DNA from: Cupriavidus necator
GTDB taxonomy: Bacteria; Pseudomonadota; Gammaproteobacteria; Burkholderiales; Burkholderiaceae
NCBI RefSeq assembly: GCF_016127575.1
Contig: NZ_CP066019.1
Coordinates: 2,820,001-2,852,000, forward strand
DNA length: 32,000 bases
Direction of reading: 5' to 3'
The notes beneath the pieces were generated by a model. It did not search any database, was not told the origin of the DNA, and saw only the letters and a program-made list of their open reading frames with translations. Shown here one piece after another: positions 15,462-21,771 of the stretch. The position numbers and the translations under genes were made by a program. Position 1 is the first letter of the stretch; each line of letters starts with the position of its first letter.

Positions 15462-15478
15462 CGCAGAAACGGGTACGG
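15462..15478 (+). repeat. dispersed copy of the origin 17-mer
   Basis: CGCAGAAACGGGTACGG. Intergenic, 44 bp after the previous copy. Confidence 0.85.
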
Positions 15479-15552
15479 CTGGCGGGTGTCGGACGGCGCT
15501 ACGGCGCCCGCCCGGCATCACGATGTCAATATCATGACAGCAGCGCACCATG

Positions 15553-15582
15553 GAAAAAGGGCGGCCCTGGCCGCCCTTCCTT
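15553..15582 (-). terminator. rho-independent terminator of the permease gene
   Basis: On the minus strand it reads GGGCGGCC-AGG-GCCGCCC followed by TTTTTCC, about 23 bp after the stop at 15605. Confidence 0.6.
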
Positions 15583-15604
15583 CATCCCATGCCGGCTGGC
15601 GCGC

Positions 15605-16981
15605 TCAATGCCCTGGCAGGTAGTAGAACTTGAAGATGAACACCGCCGCGATGATCCACACCATCACGGGCACGCTGCGTGCGCGGCCGGTCAGCAGCTT
15701 GAGCGCCGCGTAGCTGATAAAGCCGAACGCAACGCCGTTGGCGACCGAGTACGTGAACGGCATGCCAAGCGCGGTCATCACCGCGGGCACGACTTCGGTG
15801 ACGTCATTCCAGTCGATCTCCAGCAGCTCGCGCAACATCAGGCAGGACACATACAGCAACGCCGGCGCGGTGGCATAGGCCGGCACCGTGCCGGCCAGCG
15901 GCGCGATGAACAACGCCGCGAGGAACAGCACGGCCACCGTCACCGCCGTCAGTCCGGTGCGCCCGCCCGCCTGCACGCCGGATGCGCTTTCAATATACGC
16001 CGTGGTGGAAGACGTACCGAGGAACGAGCCCGCCATGATCGCGGTGCTGTCGGACATCAGCGCCTTGTTCAGCCGGTCCATTTTCCCGGCCTTGAGCAGG
16101 CCCGCGCGGTTGGCCACGCCCATCAGCGTGCCGGTGGCGTCGAACAACTCCACCAGGAAGAACACCAGCACCACGTTGATGACGCCGATCGACAGCGCGG
16201 CGGATATATCTAGCTTGAACAGCGTCGGGCCGAGCGACGGCGGCGCGGAGAACACGCCGTGGAAGGTATTGCCGGCAAACGCAAAGCTCAGCAGCGTGGT
16301 GAGCAGGATGCCGATCAGGATCGCGCCCTTCACCCGCAGATGATCCAGTGCCACGATCACGAAGAAACCGATGATCGCCAGCACGGCCGAAGGCTGGTGC
16401 AGGTCGCCGATGGTCACCAGCGTGGCCGGGCTGGCGGTGACGATGCCGGCGTTCTTCAGGGCGACAATCGCCAGGAACAGGCCGATGCCCGCGGTGATCG
16501 CCACCCGGATCGAATGCGGAATGCCATTGACGATCATCTCGCGCACGCGGAACAGCGTGACCAGCAGGAACAGGCAGCCGGAGATAAAGACCGCGCCGAG
16601 TGCCGCCTCCCATGCAAAGCCCATGCCCTTCACCACCGTATAGGCAAAGTACGCGTTCAGGCCCATGCCCGGCGCCATCGCGATCGGGTAGTTCGCGTAG
16701 AAACCCATGATCAGCGTGCCGATCGCCGCGGCCAGGCAGGTGGCGACGAACACCGCGTCTTTCGGCATGCCCGCATCGCCCAGGATCGACGGGTTGACGA
16801 AGATGATGTACGCCATCGTCAGGAACGTGGTGACGCCGGCGAGGATCTCGGTGCGTACATCGGTCTGGTGTTCGCGCAGCCTGAACAGGCGCTCGATCAG
16901 CGAAGGCGCGGCCTGTGGCTTGCCGTGCGGCGGATTGGCGGTTGACGTGCCCGGCTTGGAAGCGGGTTCCGGCATCGACAT
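15605..16981 (-). CDS. NCS2-family purine (adenine/guanine/hypoxanthine, AzgA-like) permease
   Basis: Track ORF trimmed to MSMPEPAS, with GGAGA 6 nt upstream. Motifs EILAGVTTFLTMAYIIFVNP, MAPGMGLNAYFAY and SSTTAYIESASGV are typical of COG2252 permeases. Confidence 0.9.
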   Translation of the reverse strand: MSMPEPASKPGTSTANPPHGKPQAAPSLIERLFRLREHQTDVRTEILAGVTTFLTMAYIIFVNPSILGDAGMPKDAVFVATCLAAAIGTLIMGFYANYPIAMAPGMGLNAYFAYTVVKGMGFAWEAALGAVFISGCLFLLVTLFRVREMIVNGIPHSIRVAITAGIGLFLAIVALKNAGIVTASPATLVTIGDLHQPSAVLAIIGFFVIVALDHLRVKGAILIGILLTTLLSFAFAGNTFHGVFSAPPSLGPTLFKLDISAALSIGVINVVLVFFLVELFDATGTLMGVANRAGLLKAGKMDRLNKALMSDSTAIMAGSFLGTSSTTAYIESASGVQAGGRTGLTAVTVAVLFLAALFIAPLAGTVPAYATAPALLYVSCLMLRELLEIDWNDVTEVVPAVMTALGMPFTYSVANGVAFGFISYAALKLLTGRARSVPVMVWIIAAVFIFKFYYLPGH

Positions 16982-17220
16982 GACTGGTCTCCTGATATCG
17001 TTATCGTGTGCGCGGCGACAACAACGGCGCGGCCGCAGGTGGCTGGCTTCGGCCTGAAGCATCCCGCGACGCCCCGCTGGGCGGCGAGCGTACTCTGGTG
17101 CAGGCCGGCCCGCTTCGCCATGGCACAGGCGAATAAGCGATATGCAAAAGGCGTGATGATCCCACAGCGCGAACCGCTGAATCCAGCGCCGCCACGGGGG
17201 TGCTCCGGGGCGTCCCCGGC

Positions 17221-17249
17221 TTGACGCTTGCGGCAATCCCCCGTATAAA
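17221..17249 (+). promoter_or_regulatory. sigma-70 promoter of the cold-shock gene (TTGACG-17-TATAAA)
   Basis: Near-consensus hexamers with 17-nt spacing. It predicts a ~145 nt leader before the ATG at 17400, as is known for cspA-type genes. Confidence 0.5.
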
Positions 17250-17399
17250 GCCGCCTAGATTCAAGCGACGAGGCAACAGTTCATTCGTTAGCCACCGTCT
17301 GGTACTTCGGTTGTCCATGGTGTCCTTTCCTTGAGTTCCCCGTGTCGGATGACGTTTTCGTCATGCGATGTTTTTTGTCCTTTTTCTGGAAAGCAAATC

Positions 17400-17603
17400 A
17401 TGCAAACCGGTATCGTCAAGTGGTTCAACGACGCCAAGGGCTTCGGCTTCATCAAGCCGGACGCGGGTGGTGACGACCTCTTCGCCCATTTCTCGGAAAT
17501 CCGCGCCGACGGCTTCAAGTCGCTGCAGGAAAACCAGCGCGTGCAGTTCGAAGTCAAGAATGGCCCGAAGGGCCTGCAGGCCGCGAACATCACCCCGCTG
17601 TAA
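17400..17603 (+). CDS. CspA-family cold-shock protein (67 aa)
   Basis: [34 protein letters not shown]... carries the RNP1 (KGFGFI) and RNP2-like (LFAHF) motifs. Confidence 0.93.
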   Translation: MQTGIVKWFNDAKGFGFIKPDAGGDDLFAHFSEIRADGFKSLQENQRVQFEVKNGPKGLQAANITPL

Positions 17604-17645
17604 GCATTGACTGCCGGCGCGCCCCGCGCGCGCCGAACAGCGTAG

Positions 17646-17675
17646 AACCCCGCCCATGGCGGGGTTTTTTGTTTT
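17646..17675 (+). terminator. rho-independent terminator
   Basis: AACCCCGCC-CAT-GGCGGGGTT followed by TTTTGTTTT. Confidence 0.75.
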
Positions 17676-18120
17676 CAGGCGCGGATAGCGCGATTGGCGG
17701 TGCTGTCTGCGCCACCTTCATCACATCCCGGCCCCCGCCGCTCCCCGCCTGCCCCGGTCATGCAGACCGCCAGGCGCTCCGCTCCAGCCCCCGCATGCCC
17801 ATGCCGCCGCCAGCCGGCACGCCTGGCCTTGCGCGGCGCACTTTCCCGCTCACCATCCAGCCTTGCGCTCCACGCAGAATCGGGTACGCCTGCTGCACCG
17901 CACGAGGTCAGGCACGGCCCGTGAGCCTCGCAGAAATGGGTACGGTCTGTCCTGGCAGGCCTGCTTGCGCTGGGCAGCGGGTACGCAGAAACAGGTACGC
18001 CCTGCGGCACTTTGGTCTTTCCAGGAGCCTTCTGGCACGCAGAAGCGGGTACGCCCAAAAATTTTTTTTCGAATTCGATTCGGCCGATGGCAGCGGTTCT
18101 CCGGCCCGCATTCCTCCTAC

Positions 18121-18129
18121 ATATCCACA
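18121..18129 (+). promoter_or_regulatory. DnaA-box-like site ATATCCACA
   Basis: Matches 8/9 positions of TTATCCACA. Confidence 0.35.
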
Positions 18130-18685
18130 AAGCCGGGCCAGGCCGACGACGCAGAAACGGGTACGGCTAATGTTGCAACGCAATAACCATCGGAAGCCCT
18201 GAGGCTGCCGGCACCCCACGCAGAAACAGGTACGCCCACGGGCACAGGCGCACCACTCGACGCCACGCAGAAACGGGTACGCCAACGACATGCAAGGCGG
18301 TTGGCTACCCGGCTGAGCTTTGGCATCCATGATCTGTCTGCGCAGAAACAGGTACGGCGCGTAGCGCCGCGAGTTTCCCGCGTATACGTTGAGTGTGAGT
18401 GCTAGCTTTTTCTGCAACTCTCATGTAGAATGGAAACTTGGTGAAAGTTCCGTCAGAACAGCACCATAGGTCTGCGCAGAAACGGGTACGCATGACCCGG
18501 AAGAGCCCGGCAGGAGGTACGCAGAAACGGGTACGCTTCGCGGCGCACCAGGGTGCCAGGGTCGGCACGCAGAAATGGGTACGCCGCAGAAACAGGTACG
18601 CTGGGGCAGCACGGCAGCGGCCTTTCAGGCCAGCGCAGAAACGGGTACGCCTGACGTGCAAAGCGCCCGTCAGCAGCCCGGCAAG

Positions 18686-18735
18686 TGAACCAGTTTCTGC
18701 GGGGATAACCGGGCTCTGGCCGTACTTTCTGCGGG
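18686..18735 (-). repeat. two degenerate inverted iteron copies
   Basis: GAACCAGTTTCTGCGG (18687-18702) and CCGTACTTTCTGCGGG (18720-18735) are reverse-orientation relatives of the 17-mer. They flank a DnaA-box-like GGGGATAA. Confidence 0.5.
18700..18708 (-). promoter_or_regulatory. DnaA-box-like site TTATCCCCG (minus strand)
   Basis: Matches 7/9 positions of TTATCCACA. The same 9-mer occurs in the opposite orientation at 18843-18851. Confidence 0.3.
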
Positions 18736-18815
18736 AAAGAGGCACTGGAACCCTCGCAAGCCGCGTATACCCGGCGCTCGCTCGCAGAAACGGGTACGGT
18801 TTGAGGAGTGGCCGC

Positions 18816-18824
18816 TGTGGAAAA
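18816..18824 (-). promoter_or_regulatory. DnaA-box-like site TTTTCCACA (minus strand)
   Basis: Matches 8/9 positions of TTATCCACA. A weaker GGTTCCACA follows at 18828-18836. Confidence 0.35.
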
Positions 18825-18842
18825 GGCTGTGGAACCTGCAAG

Positions 18843-18851
18843 TTATCCCCG
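18843..18851 (+). promoter_or_regulatory. DnaA-box-like site TTATCCCCG
   Basis: Matches 7/9 positions. It overlaps the first class II iteron by 2 bp. Confidence 0.3.
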
Positions 18852-18955
18852 CAGAAACCAGTTCGCCCCACCCGCAGATACAGGTTCGGCTTGCCGCAGA
18901 TACGGGTTCGGCCCTTCGCAGAATCGAGTACGGTTGCCCGCAGAATCGGGTTCGG
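18850..18955 (+). repeat. class II iterons: 5 direct copies phased at 22-23 bp (CGCAGA(A/T)A(C/T)..G(G/A)(G/T)T(T/A)CG(G/C))
   Basis: Starts at 18850, 18873, 18895, 18917 and 18939. This variant carries GTTCGG where class I has GTACGC. The ~2 helical-turn phasing is typical of plasmid ori iterons. Confidence 0.85.
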
Positions 18956-19060
18956 TGGGGTTGGTTTTTCCCTTACGAATCAAGGCGCTGAACTTCACGT
19001 ATACGGTTTACAAGTAGTTAACCCGTATCGGTATCGTTTACTGGTAGTGGATGGCTGGCG
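18956..19060. other. AT-richer candidate DNA-unwinding element
   Basis: A visibly lower-GC stretch directly after the phased iterons. It holds two GTTTACNNGTAGT 13-mers (19006-19018 and 19036-19048) and CGTATAC/CGTATCG repeats. Confidence 0.4.
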
Positions 19061-19161
19061 AACCGTGGACAACCCTGACGGGTTGCCCACCGTCCACCAC
19101 CATGCGACCAGTCGTGAGATTCCCAGCCGGCAGAAAACAGGGCGAGCAAGGCAAGGGCTTT

Positions 19162-19178
19162 GCGTACCTGTTTCTGCG
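19162..19178 (-). promoter_or_regulatory. inverted iteron copy, candidate repA operator
   Basis: GCGTACCTGTTTCTGCG is the only full-length copy in reverse orientation near the array. It abuts a possible repA promoter: GTGACA at 19178-19183, 17 nt, TACAAA at 19201-19206. Confidence 0.55.
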
Positions 19179-19231
19179 TGACAACCTTTGCGGCTTCGAG
19201 TACAAAGGCGGGTAATCCGAAGCACGCCAAT

Positions 19232-20326
19232 ATGCCCATCAAACGCTCCCCGGCCACCACGGGGGATCGAAGCGTCCTCGACCTGGACGCCGAACCCTCC
19301 CGCATCATTGTTCCCGGCAACGAGAACAACCTGGTTCCGTCCGAGAAATTCCAGCGTCTGTTCGACGAAGCGCAGGCCATGGAGCGTGAAGACGCCTGGC
19401 AAAGCGGTGAAGTCGGCTTCCTGAGCCGCGCCAGCGTCCAGGTAACGCTGCCCTACCGCGCGCCCAAGGGCGCGCCGCCGGTATGGACCCGCACCAGCGG
19501 CAATATCTCGCTGATGATCCAGCCTGGCTACTTCACGCAGCAACGTTCCGAACGTGCCACCAACGGCCGCCAGAAGCTGGTGTCCGAGACCGTCTCGCTG
19601 GGTTACCCCTATGGCTCCTATCCGCGGCTGATGCTGGCCTGGATCGGCAAGGAGATCATGGCGAAGAAAAAGCGCGGTGAATTCACCGGCACGGTAGAGG
19701 ACCGGCGCATTTCGCTGGGCAATTCGCTGTCCGAGTTCATGTACAACCTCGGCATTCCGATGGCCACCGGCGGCAAGCGCGGCACGATGACGCTGGTACG
19801 CCAGCAGATGATCCGCCTGTTCTCGGCGACCATCGCCATCGTGCAAAACAAGTCGACGCCGAGCCAGAACCAGAACCCCAACCACGAGCCACTGTCGATC
19901 GATCGGGTGGGCTACCTGCTGGCCGATCAACTGTCGACCTGGTGGGACCCCATGCAGCCTGGTCAGGGGTCCATGTTCGAGAGCTTCGTGGTGCTGTCCG
20001 AGCCGTTCTTCAACGAACTGGTCAACCGCCCCGTACCGGTCGACATGCGCGCGCTCAAGGCGCTGAAACAGTCGCCGTTCGCGCTGGACGTGTATTCGTG
20101 GCTGACCTACCGCTTCTTCACCATCCAGCGCCGCACGGAAATCCCGTGGGAAGCGCTGCAGATGCAGTTCGGCACCGAGACCGAAAGCGAGCGCAAGTTC
20201 CGTGCGCTGTTCCGCAAGGCCCTGAAGGATGTGCTGGTGGTGTATCCCGGTGCCAAGGTCGATGCGGATTCGTCCAAGGCGCTGATCCTGCAGCCTTCCC
20301 GGACCAGCGTGCGCAAGCTGGGCTGA
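19232..20326 (+). CDS. repA: plasmid-type replication initiator RepA (RepA_C-like)
   Basis: Track ORF 19160..20326, trimmed to MPIKRSPATT; upstream of that ATG the ORF merely translates the iteron. LGYPYGSYPRLMLAWIGKEI, ISLGNSLSEFMYNLGI and PFALDVYSWLTYR match my recollection of Burkholderiaceae secondary-replicon/megaplasmid RepA proteins. The position next to iterons and parAB supports the call. Confidence 0.88.
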   Translation: MPIKRSPATTGDRSVLDLDAEPSRIIVPGNENNLVPSEKFQRLFDEAQAMEREDAWQSGEVGFLSRASVQVTLPYRAPKGAPPVWTRTSGNISLMIQPGYFTQQRSERATNGRQKLVSETVSLGYPYGSYPRLMLAWIGKEIMAKKKRGEFTGTVEDRRISLGNSLSEFMYNLGIPMATGGKRGTMTLVRQQMIRLFSATIAIVQNKSTPSQNQNPNHEPLSIDRVGYLLADQLSTWWDPMQPGQGSMFESFVVLSEPFFNELVNRPVPVDMRALKALKQSPFALDVYSWLTYRFFTIQRRTEIPWEALQMQFGTETESERKFRALFRKALKDVLVVYPGAKVDADSSKALILQPSRTSVRKLG

Positions 20327-20444
20327 TTTGCCAGCTTCCCGCCCGGGGAGATCCGCGCACGCCGTTGCACGTGCTCTCGGGACGGCATCAGCAGGTCCGG
20401 GCGGGCCGGAACTGAGGCCGGACACCATGTCCGGCCCCCGAATG

Positions 20445-20480
20445 CAAAAAAGGCAAGCGTTGAACGCTTGCCTTTTTTGT
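20445..20480. terminator. bidirectional rho-independent terminator
   Basis: AAAAAAGGCAAGCG-TTGAA-CGCTTGCCTTTTTT lies between the converging repA and csp genes. An extra hairpin, GGCCGGACA-CCA-TGTCCGGCC, is at 20417-20437. Confidence 0.7.
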
Positions 20481-20528
20481 TTGCCCGCCGCGGACGGATC
20501 CGCAACGGGCGGGGTCAGCCGAGGCTGG

Positions 20529-20732
20529 TCAGGCCGGCTTGATTGCCGAAGCCTGCAGGCCCTTCGGGCCTTGCTTGACTTCAAACGTCACGCGCTGCCC
20601 ATCCTTCAGGGTCTTGAAGCCCGAGCCCTGGATTTCCGAGAAGTGCGCGAACAGGTCTGCACCACCGTCGTCCGGGGTAATGAAGCCAAAGCCCTTGGTC
20701 TCGTTGAACCACTTGACCGTACCGGTTGCCAT
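20529..20732 (-). CDS. CspA-family cold-shock protein (67 aa), second paralogue
   Basis: Track ORF trimmed to [34 protein letters not shown]... By eye it is about 70 percent identical to the 17400 product. Confidence 0.93.
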   Translation of the reverse strand: MATGTVKWFNETKGFGFITPDDGGADLFAHFSEIQGSGFKTLKDGQRVTFEVKQGPKGLQASAIKPA

Positions 20733-20857
20733 AGGAATTTCCTTTTCGAAGCAAGTTCTTGTACACAACGCAAACAACCGTTCAAGCACGTTGAGTTCTC
20801 GTAGATACCGAACGGAAGCCGACGAGGTTGACACGACTTGACTCGACTGTAGCGCGC

Positions 20858-20886
20858 ATCATAACCACTTTGGATTGCGGTGTCAT
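20858..20886 (-). promoter_or_regulatory. sigma-70 promoter of the second csp gene (ATGACA-17-TATGAT on the minus strand)
   Basis: The plus strand shows ATCATA (20858-20863) and TGTCAT (20881-20886) separated by 17 nt. This predicts a ~120 nt leader. Confidence 0.45.
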
Positions 20887-21032
20887 GTGCGGCGTAATGC
20901 GCACTATAGATACTTTAGGCACATCCCGGGCTGTTTTTCAAGCAATTTTACGGTACGGCTCGTTTCCGGCTGCCAAATGGCGGCCTCTGCTCTCTGCGTT
21001 GGCAACATATATTTTGTAAATTTGGAAAACGG

Positions 21033-21061
21033 TTGAAGCATCACGTGCTTTTGGCTACAGT
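21033..21061 (+). promoter_or_regulatory. candidate parAB promoter (TTGAAG-17-TACAGT)
   Basis: The hexamers have 17-nt spacing and lie ~50 bp upstream of the parA start. The palindrome at 21084-21099 lies just downstream. Confidence 0.35.
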
Positions 21062-21083
21062 TGCGCCTTAAGAATCAACCGCG

Positions 21084-21099
21084 CTTTCAGCGCTGAAAG
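21084..21099. promoter_or_regulatory. perfect 16-bp palindrome CTTTCAGCGCTGAAAG, candidate parS/par operator
   Basis: A perfect inverted repeat lying between the putative promoter and the parA RBS. Confidence 0.55.
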
Positions 21100-21109
21100 A
21101 GAGGTCGCA

Positions 21110-21769
21110 GTGCCAGCCAAAATCATCACAGTCTTTAACCAGAAAGGCGGTTGCGGCAAGACTACGGTCAGCATGCACCTTGCTGGCACGCTTGGCCTGC
21201 GCGGCGCGCGCTCGATGCTGGTCGACATGGACGAGCAAGGCACCGCCACTCGCTGGGCGGCGCAGGCCAGCGACGAGCGGCCGTTCCCGGCTTCCGTGAT
21301 TGGCCTGGCGCCCTCGGGCGGCGCCATGCACCGCGAAGTCCGCAAATTCGTCCAGGATTATGACTACATCGTCGTGGATTGCCCGCCGGCGGTGCATTCG
21401 GCAGCGCCCTCGAGCGCGCTGCTGATTTCGGACCTTGCCATTATTCCGGTGGTGCCTTCTCCGCCGGATCTGTGGGCGGCGGTAGCGGCCAAGACGCTGG
21501 CGCAGCACGCCCAAGTCCAGAATGAGTCCTTGCTGATCCGTGTGATGGCCAATATGGTCCAGCGCCGCGTCTCGATCGCGCGCCAGGCCATTGAAATCCT
21601 TGGCGACGACGGCGACGTACCGCTTTTGAATTCGATGATCGGGTCGCGCTCGGCATTCCGGGAATGCCAGGCGATCGGCTGCACCGTGCACGGCGTTGCC
21701 GGCGCACGCGAGGCGGTGCAGGAGGTCGACATGATGGTCGACGAAATACTGTCTTTGATTGAGCACTAG
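21110..21769 (+). CDS. parA: ParA partition ATPase
   Basis: GTG start with GAAAGAGAGG upstream. The product carries the deviant Walker A in VFNQKGGCGKTT and the motif IVVDCPP. Length is 219 aa. Confidence 0.93.
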   Translation: MPAKIITVFNQKGGCGKTTVSMHLAGTLGLRGARSMLVDMDEQGTATRWAAQASDERPFPASVIGLAPSGGAMHREVRKFVQDYDYIVVDCPPAVHSAAPSSALLISDLAIIPVVPSPPDLWAAVAAKTLAQHAQVQNESLLIRVMANMVQRRVSIARQAIEILGDDGDVPLLNSMIGSRSAFRECQAIGCTVHGVAGAREAVQEVDMMVDEILSLIEH

Positions 21770-21771
21770 GT

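Larger units (their letters stand above)
17873..18799 (+). repeat. class I iterons: 14 direct copies of CGCAGAA(A/T/G)(C/T)(G/A)GGTACG(C/G)
   Basis: Copies start at 17873, 17929, 17984, 18038, 18150, 18219, 18266, 18341, 18475, 18520, 18568, 18585, 18634 and 18783. Spacing is irregular (17 to 149 bp). The first four are 54-56 bp apart. Confidence 0.9.
17873..19231. other. candidate oriV of the secondary replicon (iteron field, AT-rich islands, DnaA-box-like sites)
   Basis: The region is a dense array of one 17-mer family directly upstream of repA and contains no credible ORF. Three AT-rich islands lie at 18055-18085, 18385-18470 and 18956-19060. Confidence 0.7.

Noticed and set aside
16982-17220. 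Possible purine riboswitch in the leader of the NCS2 purine permease
   Set aside because: I read the minus-strand leader and found none of the conserved purine-riboswitch elements (UAUAAU...GGAUAUGG...UUUCUACC...CCGUAAA). No call is possible without a covariance-model scan.
17873-18955. Repeat-spacer pattern that an automated tool might call a CRISPR array
   Set aside because: The repeats are only 17 bp. Spacing is irregular (17-149 bp) and includes abutting copies. The repeats are degenerate. No cas genes are present. The array sits directly upstream of a plasmid-type repA with an inverted copy at its promoter, so the iteron interpretation fits far better.
17669-19181. Track ORFs running through the iteron field (for example 18438..19181 +, 17908..18417 -, 18305..18871 -)
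   Set aside because: Their products are periodic translations of the repeat (recurring QKRVR, RRNGY, AETGT or YPFLR, TRFCV, VPVSA). They have no RBS and no protein-like composition.
20041-20060. Half-site matches to the parS-like palindrome (GGCGCTGAAAC inside repA; also GGCGCTGAAC at 18985 and GGCTGAAAG at 1368)
   Set aside because: Only one arm matches (9-11 of 16 positions) and the dyad symmetry is lost. These are not counted as parS candidates.
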